This document shows, piece after piece, positions 31,871 to 41,570 of a stretch of DNA of 64,000 nt. The notes beneath the pieces were generated by a model, which did no database searches, had not been told where the DNA came from, and worked only from the letters and a program-made list of their open reading frames with translations. Origin of the DNA: an uncultured Phycisphaerales bacterium (lineage in GTDB: Bacteria > Planctomycetota > Phycisphaerae > Tepidisphaerales > Tepidisphaeraceae). Numbering within the stretch: position 1 is the stretch's first letter; every line of letters begins with the position of its first letter. Position numbers and translations under genes: made by a program. The stretch is taken from the NCBI GenBank assembly GCA_963758525.1, contig CAVWVQ010000003.1, positions 4,672,001-4,736,000 of the forward strand, written 5' to 3'.

Positions 31871-33426
31871 CGAAACCAGCAAACACCATCCGCCTCGGCT
31901 ACGCGATCGACAGCGGCGAGCCGGTCGATCTGCCGCTGGGGCACCTGTGCGTCACCGGCCAGACGCAGCTTTCCGGCAAGACCACGACACTGGAAGGCCT
32001 CATCGCGCGCAGCGGCCGGCGGGCGGTGTCGTTTGTGACCAAGCGCGGGGAGGGCGCCTTCTCCGGTGGTCGATCCATCCCGCCCTATTTCCGGGAACGG
32101 GCGGACTGGGTGTTCGTCGCCTCCCTGATCGACGCCACGCTGGGCGAGAAGAACAAGATGCTCCGGTCGTTCCTGATGAAGGTCTGCCGCAACACCAAGA
32201 CGCTGGCTCAGGTTCATGCCAATGTGAAGGAAGCGCTGGACGGCGCCCGCGGGTTCGCCGAATCGATCTACACGGAGATCGACGGATACCTGGATCTGGT
32301 GATGCCACAACTCAAACGCCTGCCGCCGGCGCGGGAGATCACGATCGGGCCCGGCCTGAACGTCATCGATCTGACGGAATACTCGACCGAGATGCAGGGG
32401 CTCGTGATGCGGTCGGTGATGGAGCACATCTACGAGAAAGAGGATGGCGTCATCTGCATCGTGCCCGAGGCCTGGGAGTTCCTGCCGCAGGCCCGCGGCT
32501 CGCCGGTGACGCTGGCGGCAGAGGAGCTGATTCGCAAGGGGGCGGTCCTGGGTAACTACCTGTGGATCGACAGCCAGGACCTCAGCGGCATCAACGCCCG
32601 AATCCGCAAGAGCGTCTCCGTCTGGATCCTCGGCGTGCAGCGCGAGAGCAATGAGGTCAAGCGGACGATCGCCCACGCCGGCCAGGCGGCGCGGAGTCTG
32701 GCCGTGGCGGATATCACGCTCCTGGAACGCGGCCAGTTCTGGGCGTGCTTCGGCCGCCACGCGATCAAGACGTACGTTCAGCCCGAGTGGATGGACGAAA
32801 AGCAGGCGCGGGCCATCGCGATGGGCCAGTCGGAAACGCCCGCGCCGCCCGTCCGCCAGAAACGGCTGGACCAGTCGCCGATGCCGCCGCGGGAGGTGTT
32901 TCTCACGCCGCCTGCAGTTGCCACGATTGCCCCCATCCAAACCAAGAAAGGCTCCCCGATGAGCAAGGAACTCGAAGCGAAAATCGACCACCTGACGAAG
33001 CTGCTGGGGGTCGCCACTCCCGCCCCCTCGCACGCGGCGGCCCCCTCTCCTCCATCGATGGATGGTGACGAAGAGGCGCTTTATCAGCGGTTCAAGTCGC
33101 GGCTGATGCGGGAGTCTCCCGACCTGTTGCGCGTGCTGGCGATCGAGCCGTTGCTCGAAGTGGAGATCACCCGCGAGACGATCCAGATCGACGGGACAAG
33201 CCTCAAGGGTCGACTCGCCCAGATGCTCCAGCGCGGATGGTTTGCCGAGCCAAAGACTGCCAGTGCAGCCCGCAAGGAACTCGCCCGCACTGGCCCCGAC
33301 GTGAACAGCGGGAACCTGTCGCGCGATCTCAACAGCCTGGTGAAGATGGGTTTTCTCACCGACGAAGCGGATGGCTATAAGGAAGTGGCCAGGATGAAGA
33401 GCAATATCCACCGGAAAGGCGGTTGA
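31867..33426 (+). CDS. HerA/FtsK-like ATPase with probable C-terminal winged helix
   Basis: TGQTQLSGKTTT, IVPEAWEFLPQ, IRKG, DSQ. Confidence 0.75.
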   Translation: MTKPANTIRLGYAIDSGEPVDLPLGHLCVTGQTQLSGKTTTLEGLIARSGRRAVSFVTKRGEGAFSGGRSIPPYFRERADWVFVASLIDATLGEKNKMLRSFLMKVCRNTKTLAQVHANVKEALDGARGFAESIYTEIDGYLDLVMPQLKRLPPAREITIGPGLNVIDLTEYSTEMQGLVMRSVMEHIYEKEDGVICIVPEAWEFLPQARGSPVTLAAEELIRKGAVLGNYLWIDSQDLSGINARIRKSVSVWILGVQRESNEVKRTIAHAGQAARSLAVADITLLERGQFWACFGRHAIKTYVQPEWMDEKQARAIAMGQSETPAPPVRQKRLDQSPMPPREVFLTPPAVATIAPIQTKKGSPMSKELEAKIDHLTKLLGVATPAPSHAAAPSPPSMDGDEEALYQRFKSRLMRESPDLLRVLAIEPLLEVEITRETIQIDGTSLKGRLAQMLQRGWFAEPKTASAARKELARTGPDVNSGNLSRDLNSLVKMGFLTDEADGYKEVARMKSNIHRKGG

Positions 33427-33429
33427 GCC

Positions 33430-33879
33430 GTGACACAATTGCAGCCCCAATCCGGCAATGTGCTCGATCGCATCGAGTCGTCGATCCCCGACGCCGAGGA
33501 CGCAACGGCGGACCAGCTCCTGGAGCTGCTCGACAAGCTCGACTTCGTCGCCGAGCGGATGGCCCAGATCGAAGCCAGGCTCATGCCGGCGGTGATCAAG
33601 TTCCTCGAAGCCGGCGGCAAGCTCGAGCGGGGAACGGTGTTCTACACGATCAACAAGCAGAAAGAGACCAAGTGCCGCAACGCGGCGGAGAGCCTGCAGC
33701 AGATCCTCGAGCTGCTCGGCACAGAGGAGGCGGCCAACTGCCTGGCTAGCCAGCCGTGGAAACACGGCGCGGTGAAGAAGCTGATCGCGAAGGACGACTT
33801 CGAGCGGCTGTTTGAGACGAAGGAAAAGAAGAGCGTCGAGCTGAAGGTGCACAAGGTGGATCGGGCATTTCTCAAGTGA
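33430..33879 (+). CDS. Phage hypothetical protein
   Basis: 149 aa in operon context. Confidence 0.7.
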   Translation: MTQLQPQSGNVLDRIESSIPDAEDATADQLLELLDKLDFVAERMAQIEARLMPAVIKFLEAGGKLERGTVFYTINKQKETKCRNAAESLQQILELLGTEEAANCLASQPWKHGAVKKLIAKDDFERLFETKEKKSVELKVHKVDRAFLK

Positions 33880-34205
33880 GGTGCGTGAACGACAGAACCA
33901 ATCAACAGAACGCCTGGTATTGGGCGTGCATCGTCACGCCGTTCGCCGATTACCTGACGGCGATGGATGATCCGCACACGCCCGACGAGGTGCATGAGCA
34001 TTTCAAGTCGCGGTTCCTGCTGATTCCGACCATCGACTATGACACCGGGGAGCTGCTCGGCGAACGTGTCGGCTCGACACGCGATCTGTCCACCGTCGAG
34101 ATGGCCGATTACTGCGAACGCATCCGCAAGTCATTGGCCAAAGAGCACGGCTTCGTTGTGGATGATCCGGACCCGATGTGGAGAAATCCGCGGAGAGTGG
34201 CATGA
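33876..34205 (+). CDS. NinB-like protein
   Basis: RTNQQNAWYW, EVHEHFK, STRDLSTVEMADY. Confidence 0.65.
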   Translation: MRCVNDRTNQQNAWYWACIVTPFADYLTAMDDPHTPDEVHEHFKSRFLLIPTIDYDTGELLGERVGSTRDLSTVEMADYCERIRKSLAKEHGFVVDDPDPMWRNPRRVA

Positions 34206-35498
34206 CTACGGCGCCGTCTCCGTCTGCAGCACGCTCTGTGACACCGTGACCGAGCCAGTCCCGAGGCGTTCCTTCCGCCCCGACGTCCAGCGGGTCACTT
34301 CCCACGTATACGCCTGATTCGCCGGCGAGCTGACCAGGTTCATCGCGGCCGCAGAAAGCGTCCAGGTCACCGTCGTCGAGCCGCTGGCCAGTGCCACCGC
34401 CAGGGATCCCAGCGATGCACTGGACGCGGCCGCGCCATTCTGTGTGAGCAGCCCATCGCTGCCGGATCCGCCATTGGTCACACGCAACAGGATCAACGCA
34501 TCCGCGTCGGTGCCCGCTCCGGAGTTGGCCGCCTGGTCGCTCTCCGGATTAGCCTTGATCGCGAACGTCATTTGTGTCCATCCGGCCGAGCTGACGTTGG
34601 CGGTGATGGACTGCTGCCAGTAGAGATCCGCGCCCACGACAAAGCTGGCGTTGACCGCCGCCGGATTGCCGCTAGTCGAGGATCCGCTGAGCGTCACCGG
34701 AACGAAGCTCCCGCCGACGGCCGTGCCGGCCCAATCGACGACGTCGACCTCCAGCAGACCATTGCCGTCGAGAGCGACCGCCGTGCCGCCGATCTCGGCG
34801 ACGTTGACGCTGTTGGTCAGGCTTGTCACCACTGGCAACGTGGCGCCGGCGGCAAACGATGCGGTGGAGATCGCGCCGGCGGCAAACCCGCTGACACTGG
34901 TGACGACTGGAATAGTCGCGCCGGCGGCAAAGGCGGCCGTGGTGATGGCGCCGGCCGAGAAGCTGCCCACCTGCACGACGACCTGGGGATTGCTCTTGAC
35001 GTAATTGCTGCCGTCGAACTGGAGCTTGCCGGCGGCGGTGTTGATGGCGGGAAGATCGTCGAGGTAGCCGGCGCGCGTGCTGGTGATCCGCGTGGCCAGG
35101 TTGCCGGTATCGGTTTTCACCGCCGCGATGTCGGCGCTGACGGACGCCGCGGGTGTGCCCAATACCGTAGCCAGCAGGCTCGCGGGATCCTCGCCGGGGG
35201 CGTATTCGCTGACCGACACGCCACCACCGCCGCCGACGCACGTGCCCGATGGCGTGCTGTTGCTGGTGTAGACGCTGACGGTGTAATCAGCCGAGGCGAC
35301 ACCCGAGGGTGTGGTCAGCGTATAGAGCCCGCTGGTCCCCTGCTGCGTGGCCGCGATCGTATAGCTTGCGAAGTTGGTGTCGTTCCAGGCTTCGAAGGCA
35401 GGCGTCGCGGTGTTCCAGGCGTGCAGATCCGAGGCGCGGCGGTATACGAAGTAGACCGCGCTGAGGATCGTCGTGGACTGGAAGCTGTCGATCGCCAT
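34206..35498 (-). CDS. Putative tail fibre/virion protein
   Basis: Ala/Ser/Thr-rich with a duplicated GAI(T/S)TA(A/S)FAAGAT motif; last gene of the minus-strand structural block. Confidence 0.6.
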   Translation of the reverse strand: MAIDSFQSTTILSAVYFVYRRASDLHAWNTATPAFEAWNDTNFASYTIAATQQGTSGLYTLTTPSGVASADYTVSVYTSNSTPSGTCVGGGGGVSVSEYAPGEDPASLLATVLGTPAASVSADIAAVKTDTGNLATRITSTRAGYLDDLPAINTAAGKLQFDGSNYVKSNPQVVVQVGSFSAGAITTAAFAAGATIPVVTSVSGFAAGAISTASFAAGATLPVVTSLTNSVNVAEIGGTAVALDGNGLLEVDVVDWAGTAVGGSFVPVTLSGSSTSGNPAAVNASFVVGADLYWQQSITANVSSAGWTQMTFAIKANPESDQAANSGAGTDADALILLRVTNGGSGSDGLLTQNGAAASSASLGSLAVALASGSTTVTWTLSAAAMNLVSSPANQAYTWEVTRWTSGRKERLGTGSVTVSQSVLQTETAP

Positions 35499-35517
35499 TG
35501 TGGATCTCTATCGGCCA

Positions 35518-36579
35518 TCAGACCCGGACGCTCACGACGGCACTGACGCTGCCGGGGAAATTATTGGTGAAGGTGGTTTCGGTGGTCAGGCTGCCTCCGC
35601 TGCCGTCGCCCCATTCAGCCGTAAAGCAGTCTGTCGCGGCGCTGTTGAGGCTTGCGTGCCGAACGTCAACGGGACCGGCGACCGTGCTTCCAGCGGCGTA
35701 CATCTGCCAGCAGCCGACCTGCACCACAGTGCTCGAAACGGACGTCAGAACCGACAGGCGGTAATAGCGGTAGGATGTGGAGTTGCCGGTGCTGAACGTC
35801 CGTGTTTGCGAGCCGGTCCATGTGTAGCTGCTGGCCGACTGATCGTCGAGCGTGGTCCAGGTCGAGCCGTCATTGCTGCCTTCCCATTTCCAGGATTTGG
35901 GGTTCTGTGTCAGCGTCGCGGTCGTTGCCTGCACCGAGTACCCGGAAATCACAGTCCCGGTCCCGAAGTCATATTCGAGCACGGCGGTTCCCGAATCTCC
36001 CACTCCCGAGGCCCACCCGTTGGCGCTGGTGGACCCTGTCATCGCGCGCCACGGCTCATAGCCTGCGGAATAGAACGTGCTCGACGACGCGGTTCCACTG
36101 GGCGTCGTAGCGCTGGTCATCATCGGGATCTGATTCGCGCCGAGATTGGTGATGCTGGCCATCGCGAAACATTCGCGCACGCTGGCGGAATCTGCGGCAT
36201 GTGTCACCGTCAGCGTGCCGCCGGATGCCATCGTCCCCGACGCGCTGGTCACCGTACTTCCGGCGATCGCAATCTGCGCCACGCCGCTGCTCGGATTGGT
36301 TACCGTCGCGCCGGTAAAGCTCATCGTGCTGGCGGTGACTGTCGTCGTGCCGTCAGTGGTGATCACATTGCTGCCGGAGCCGGTCGCCCCGGTCGCCCCG
36401 ACCGCGGCCCACAAGTCCAGGTTGGTCGCGTCGAAGGATCCGCCGCTGGTGAAGCCGGTCACGCAAACGTAGGTCTGCCCGCCGTGCGTGAGCACGTCAT
36501 AGGGCGCGTAGGCCGTCGATGCCGCCCACGCGCCGCGGAAGGTGAAGCCCTGGCCAGGTTGGGAGCCGCTGAGGTTCAT
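35518..36579 (-). CDS. Tail fibre-like protein with carbohydrate-binding repeat and discoidin (F5/8C)-like domain
   Basis: WAASTAYAPYDVLTHGGQTYVC; LEYDFG, PKSWKWEGSNDGSTWTTLD, YRYYRL. Confidence 0.75.
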   Translation of the reverse strand: MNLSGSQPGQGFTFRGAWAASTAYAPYDVLTHGGQTYVCVTGFTSGGSFDATNLDLWAAVGATGATGSGSNVITTDGTTTVTASTMSFTGATVTNPSSGVAQIAIAGSTVTSASGTMASGGTLTVTHAADSASVRECFAMASITNLGANQIPMMTSATTPSGTASSSTFYSAGYEPWRAMTGSTSANGWASGVGDSGTAVLEYDFGTGTVISGYSVQATTATLTQNPKSWKWEGSNDGSTWTTLDDQSASSYTWTGSQTRTFSTGNSTSYRYYRLSVLTSVSSTVVQVGCWQMYAAGSTVAGPVDVRHASLNSAATDCFTAEWGDGSGGSLTTETTFTNNFPGSVSAVVSVRV

Positions 36580-36585
36580 GGGTGC

Positions 36586-36888
36586 TTACTTGCGAAAGAC
36601 GATGCCGTACGTGACGCCCGTTGCCGTGCCGGCATCGCCCTTGATCGTCACCTGGTGGATGGCGTTGGAGCCTTCGGCGAAATACTGTTTCTCGCCGGGA
36701 GCGATGCTGATGAAATCGCCGGGCGCGTGCAGGCCCAGGCAGTTCACCAGCACACCGAACGAGGATGAGGATTTCACGGCAACCATGAACGTGTTGCAGG
36801 TATAAGCGGCATCGGACCCGGTCGAGGTCGAGTCATAGACGACACTGCCGCCGGTGGTGATGCTCTGGTTGTTGTTCGCGGTTGCCAT
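36586..36888 (-). CDS. Small virion-associated hypothetical protein
   Basis: 100 aa, AAGGA upstream. Confidence 0.65.
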   Translation of the reverse strand: MATANNNQSITTGGSVVYDSTSTGSDAAYTCNTFMVAVKSSSSFGVLVNCLGLHAPGDFISIAPGEKQYFAEGSNAIHQVTIKGDAGTATGVTYGIVFRK

Positions 36889-36897
36889 AGTTGTTCC

Positions 36898-37044
36898 TTA
36901 ATCGAATCCAAAGCCAAAACACAGGCCCGGCATGAGTTCTTCCCCTCCCCCAGTAGTAGAGGGGGAGGGGGAGGCGCTATACCCCAGGACGATATTGCCC
37001 AGGTAGGAATTTGCAGTGCCGAGTTGCGCGGTGAAGCCGATCAC
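36898..37044 (-). CDS. 48-aa ORF absent from the ORF track
   Basis: GTG overlaps the upstream TGA; MIGFTAQLGTANSYLGNIVLGYS..LCFGFGFD* fills the gap. Confidence 0.55.
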   Translation of the reverse strand: MIGFTAQLGTANSYLGNIVLGYSASPSPSTTGGGEELMPGLCFGFGFD

Positions 37045-39398
37045 TCAATCCTCACGAAGGTTCCTGCCGTGTCGACCGCCTGATACTGCGCGTTGCCTCC
37101 AGCCGTCAGCGCCGTCAGCGCGGCGCCGGAAGCCACGGTGCCCGTGAGTGTCAGACTCGTGACGATCGACTTACTGGCGAGGAAGCACTTTTGGCCGATT
37201 ACCGTGACTGTCGGCAGCGCGATTGTGATGGACGCGATTGTGCTGCTACTGGATAGGTAGATCGTCTGATCGCGGGATGCCGCGAAGGTGACGGTGCCGC
37301 TGGTTGCGGCGCTCACCTGCACGGGGCTGACAAGGGCGTTTCCGGCTTGAATATTCGCCAGCAAGCCCGAGCCGCTCCACAGGGTGCTGACATTTAAGTG
37401 GCCGCCACCGCTGATGACGTTTTCCGTCGGCGTGTTGCCCTCGCTGGTCATGGTCGTGACGAAATTGCTGACGCTTGCGGGGCCAACGGATGCATCAGCG
37501 CTGCCCTGCCAGAGCACGATCGGCAGATAATTCAAAGCGCTGGCACGGAGATTTGGGTCGGAGTAGGCGACTTGACCGAAGCTCGTTGCAACCGTGGATA
37601 CCACGTCGTTCAGTGCGTAGGTTGTGCCGCCGCTGTAGGTGCCGCGATTGGTGTAGGCCGCATAGAGCTTGGCAAGGATGCCGCCCGGTGACGTGACTTG
37701 CTGCCAGTACGTTCCGTTCGTCACCGCGTTTCCGGTGTTCCCCGCACTCAGGCTGACGTAGTAAGTGAGGAAAGCACCATTGATCGTACTGGAGTAGTTC
37801 GTGCAGCCGTTGGTGCCGTTGTACATGTCCTTTTGGGACACGACGGCGGAAATGCCGCTGAAACTCCGGATCGGCAGCGACGGGTAGAGCATCGCGAAGT
37901 TGAGCATGGAAACGCCGCCCATGCTCTGGCCGATCAGGTGCAGATTTTTTACGCATGGCGCGCCGTTGGGGCCCGGCAATAGCGACAGCATCGTATCGTA
38001 AAATTGCTTCCACAAATTCACGCCGTTTGCCGCGCCCCACGGAGAAGCGTAGTTGTTCGCAAAGCTCGACGGATCGCCACGAAGGTATGCCATCGCCACG
38101 CCATTGGCCCGCAGCGTTGCGAACGCGGTCCCGGTGTCAGGATCGGCAGTGCGGAATCCCTGCTGCTCATTGCTGTTGTTCCCGTGCCCGACCAGGGCGA
38201 GATCGAACTGCGAAGCGCCCGTGTAACTCTCGGGTATCGCGAGTGTGCCGGTGTTGTCCACCGTCCCGTCCGGTCGCGTAATCGTGATCGGACACCAGCA
38301 CGGGGGCTGGAACCTGCTGTCGGTCCCGCCGCCGAGTGAGCCTTGATTGACCAGAATCCCTTTGATGGTGTTCGTGGAGCTGCTGGTCGAGACCTTGATC
38401 TGTGAGACGTTGACAAAAGCGCCAACTTTTCCGGTAGCGCCAAATGTGTTCGCAACAGTGTTGAAGTTTTCGGCGGTGGCAATCCCGGTGTTGTACCCTG
38501 TTTGGTTGTTTGTCCCGCCGCGCCCCACTGGAATGATCCCGAAATTTACGTTTTGGCCGTCGCTGGCAACAAAAAGATCATATGTAGTGCTGGTTACAAG
38601 ACCGCCGTTGAGGTTAAGCTCCGTTGATCCAGTTCCCGCCGCCACCGAAAGGTAGAATCCTCCGCCCGTGACCCTGAGTGCAAAACCACCATACGTCGTG
38701 TCGTTTGGATTCTGAAAGTACACTGACACGTCGTTCGTGGCATCTGACGCGTACGCGATTCGCACGTTGACCCGCCACGGCTTTGTGTTGTCGATCGGCT
38801 TGGGAAGCTGAATCGTTCCGACAGCGGCGGTCCCGTTTGTGCCGCTAACAATCCCGCCGCCGCCCGCGACGGTCAGCGTTGCGCCGGAGGTCGATCCGAA
38901 AGCACCGGTTGATTGAAACAGCGGTTCATAGAATGCCAACGTCGGCGGGGATGCCGGCTGGCCGATCAGGTTCGCCAGCGAGGTTTGCGCGCTCGACAGG
39001 TCGGAGAGGTTGTTCGCCACCTGCGCCACGGCGGACGATGTCAGCAGTGCGGCCGTCCCCAACCCGAGATTCGTCCGGGCCGTGGCCGGGGTCGGCAGAT
39101 CGCTCAGATTGTTGGCTTGGGCCAATCCCCATGCCGCCAGGCTCGCGGCGGTAACGATAGCCGTGACGGCCGCGCCACTGGAATGAGTTGCCGCCGTCGT
39201 GCTTTCCGCGCCGCGTGTCACCGTTACGGTAGTTCCGCTGATCGCCGTCGCCAGGAGGATTTCCGTGCCGATGAGCAGCCGAAAATTACCGGAGCCAGGC
39301 AAGCCGGTAGCGCTGGTGAGGCTGATCGACGTTGCCACCGGGTCGGTGATTGCTGAGGCAAGCGTCGTCTGAAAATTGTTGATTAACTGTTCAGCCAT
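37041..39398 (-). CDS. Tail spike/fibre with alpha/beta-hydrolase domain
   Basis: VTRGAESTTAATH anchor region, NNLSDL repeats, VGHG, GQSMGG, WQGSADASV, GGGHL. Confidence 0.75.
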   Translation of the reverse strand: MAEQLINNFQTTLASAITDPVATSISLTSATGLPGSGNFRLLIGTEILLATAISGTTVTVTRGAESTTAATHSSGAAVTAIVTAASLAAWGLAQANNLSDLPTPATARTNLGLGTAALLTSSAVAQVANNLSDLSSAQTSLANLIGQPASPPTLAFYEPLFQSTGAFGSTSGATLTVAGGGGIVSGTNGTAAVGTIQLPKPIDNTKPWRVNVRIAYASDATNDVSVYFQNPNDTTYGGFALRVTGGGFYLSVAAGTGSTELNLNGGLVTSTTYDLFVASDGQNVNFGIIPVGRGGTNNQTGYNTGIATAENFNTVANTFGATGKVGAFVNVSQIKVSTSSSTNTIKGILVNQGSLGGGTDSRFQPPCWCPITITRPDGTVDNTGTLAIPESYTGASQFDLALVGHGNNSNEQQGFRTADPDTGTAFATLRANGVAMAYLRGDPSSFANNYASPWGAANGVNLWKQFYDTMLSLLPGPNGAPCVKNLHLIGQSMGGVSMLNFAMLYPSLPIRSFSGISAVVSQKDMYNGTNGCTNYSSTINGAFLTYYVSLSAGNTGNAVTNGTYWQQVTSPGGILAKLYAAYTNRGTYSGGTTYALNDVVSTVATSFGQVAYSDPNLRASALNYLPIVLWQGSADASVGPASVSNFVTTMTSEGNTPTENVISGGGHLNVSTLWSGSGLLANIQAGNALVSPVQVSAATSGTVTFAASRDQTIYLSSSSTIASITIALPTVTVIGQKCFLASKSIVTSLTLTGTVASGAALTALTAGGNAQYQAVDTAGTFVRIE

Positions 39399-39451
39399 TT
39401 TTGTTTCGCGCCATCCCGACGCCGATCAGCCTGCGCCGGCGGTGTAGAGGG

Positions 39452-39874
39452 TCATTTCGTAGCCTGAGACAGCACAAAGCCGCGAGTGATTGCCAGAGGC
39501 AGAGACTTTTCGGTGACGATCGGAAAATTTTCGGCGTCCCTGATCTGGTAGCACAAACCACCATCACTATGTTCCGCAGTTAATCGCCACCGCCGCGGCC
39601 ACAGTACTCCCTCGAAAATCTCCAAGGCGACATCATTGCTGGCGTAGTTGTCGATGTTGAGACGTTCGATCACTTCTTCCGTCACCACCTCGGAATCGAA
39701 AAATGTCCGGCTCCATTCGCTTCCGTCCGCGAAGACGTGCCGCCAATTGCAGAGCGTCTCGGGACCGCCTTCCCATTCGTTGAACTCGCCATGCTCGATG
39801 CGCCGCCCCAGAAGACGATGCGCCTCCACAGTTAGTTCGGTGGGCGTGGCTTTTTGTGCTTGATCGCGTGTCAT
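39452..39874 (-). CDS. Hypothetical protein, phage ABA-sandwich-like
   Basis: NYASNDVALEIF..SLPLAITRGFV pattern. Confidence 0.5.
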   Translation of the reverse strand: MTRDQAQKATPTELTVEAHRLLGRRIEHGEFNEWEGGPETLCNWRHVFADGSEWSRTFFDSEVVTEEVIERLNIDNYASNDVALEIFEGVLWPRRWRLTAEHSDGGLCYQIRDAENFPIVTEKSLPLAITRGFVLSQATK

Positions 39875-40010
39875 TCCATCGGGTCCCAAAACGCCAAAAG
39901 CGCCACCAGCGGAATCGCCCACAGCATATGCAGGCGGCTCACTAGCGGCGAAAACTCGTGACGAGCCTTCGACACTTCGGCAACGGCGGATTTGCAGCGG
40001 CGCGCGATGG

Positions 40011-41567
40011 TCATTTTGCCGTGAACGTCCCGTCCGAAAATTCGGTGATCGTGATCGTGCGGATAACCGTTGCCGCGGTTGCCGGTTGCGTCACGGGAGC
40101 CGTTGTCGGCTGACTAGCGGCGGCGGCCGAGATAATCGTCGGCGCGAACGCATTCGCCTGCGCCGCCGCGCCTGGTCCGCCTTGGACCTGCTTGACATCC
40201 TTTTCGTAAGTGACGCCGTTGATCAGCAGTACAAAGCTGACATCCCATCCATTAAAAACCGGACCGACTGTCGCGCCAGCACTGGGCCCATGAACGACGC
40301 CCACGGGCTTCATGGCGACGGAGGTTAGACTGGTCGCAAACGCCTCAATAGTCACGTCGCCGGTTTGTGCGGGCCACGTGAGCACAACATCGCCCTTGCC
40401 GTCCTGAGTCGCGCCGATGGCGAGCGTCGGACGGGTTGCGGGCGCGGTTGCGGGCTGGCTACTTGGAGCTGTCGCGGGATTACTTTGAGCTTGCGTCGGC
40501 TTCTGCGGGATCGCCGGGGCGTTCGGATCCGCCTGCGAATAGAGCTTGTCGCCCGTGCCATGCACCGCGACTATTGGCCACGGCCCTGCATCCTGTCCAT
40601 ACGCAGCTCCGCAGATCCAAACGTTATTGCTGCTGTTGCAACCCGCACCATTCGCACCGTTGAGGATGCCGTTGCCCCAGCCCCAGGCGAAGTTGTTCGT
40701 GATGTTCACGTCCAGATCGCCCATGATCTCAATCGCCGACTTGGCCCACTGATCAAGGTTGGCGTCCGGGCCGTTCTGAATAATCGCGTTGCCGCTGATC
40801 GTGATGTGCTCGCCGAAGCCAACCCACTGGCCGGCGCTCTGATACCCGCCCGTCGCGCAGGAAATCCCCATGTGCGAGTCGGTGTTGTTGCTGATGTTCG
40901 GCAGCCAGTCGCTCATCCAGTTGTTGTTCACCGTCAGATGAGTGATCCCCTTCTGGAGCTCAATGCCGATGCGGGTGGCATGGGTGATGATGTTTCCGCT
41001 CACGTCGAGCGTGTCGCATTGCGACGAGAAATGCACCGGCTCGACGACATTGTCGTATGTGCTGGCGTCGGCGGTGTTGTTGTTGGCGGGGTATCCGAAC
41101 ACGCCCTCGGCGTTGAGCTGGCTGAACGCGTTTCTGTCGAAGTGCGAGTCATGCACGCCGGCGACGAAGATCCCGCGATGGCCGTTGCGGAACGTATTGT
41201 CGTGGATGTTGTACACGCCGTTCTCGCAGTGGATCTGGGCGCAGGTGCAGACGAAGCCCGTGAACTCTGTCATTGCTGCTGAACCTGATAGTGCCAGCAG
41301 CTCCTGATTGTCATTGGGAGCAATCCCGCCGGAGAGCGCGAGGACCGCCCCGTTGCCGATGTAGTGACGGCCCGTCGGCCACGTCGCCGCGGCGCCGCTG
41401 GGATTCGTGGCCAGCGTGTATGTGCCGGCGGCGAAATTGATCGTGTCGCCCAGCGCGCTGCTCAGGATCGGCGTGGTGTTGGCCGGTGTGACGTAGACCG
41501 TCGCCGCGCCGCAGATCCCGCTGGCGAGGCAGACGACGCAGAGGATGTCGAGCAGGCGGGAAATCAT
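40011..41567 (-). CDS. Secreted right-handed beta-helix protein
   Basis: Signal peptide then ATVYV, GDTINFAAGTY; Asn-ladder repeats (IHDNTF, VSGNII, ISGNAI, ITNN). Confidence 0.8.
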   Translation of the reverse strand: MISRLLDILCVVCLASGICGAATVYVTPANTTPILSSALGDTINFAAGTYTLATNPSGAAATWPTGRHYIGNGAVLALSGGIAPNDNQELLALSGSAAMTEFTGFVCTCAQIHCENGVYNIHDNTFRNGHRGIFVAGVHDSHFDRNAFSQLNAEGVFGYPANNNTADASTYDNVVEPVHFSSQCDTLDVSGNIITHATRIGIELQKGITHLTVNNNWMSDWLPNISNNTDSHMGISCATGGYQSAGQWVGFGEHITISGNAIIQNGPDANLDQWAKSAIEIMGDLDVNITNNFAWGWGNGILNGANGAGCNSSNNVWICGAAYGQDAGPWPIVAVHGTGDKLYSQADPNAPAIPQKPTQAQSNPATAPSSQPATAPATRPTLAIGATQDGKGDVVLTWPAQTGDVTIEAFATSLTSVAMKPVGVVHGPSAGATVGPVFNGWDVSFVLLINGVTYEKDVKQVQGGPGAAAQANAFAPTIISAAAASQPTTAPVTQPATAATVIRTITITEFSDGTFTAK

Positions 41568-41570
41568 GGG

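Noticed and set aside
31867..33426. HerA-like ATPase as packaging motor of a terminase-less virus
   Set aside because: It lies in the early operon, the element has tail genes, and the junction at 56847 explains the missing terminase.
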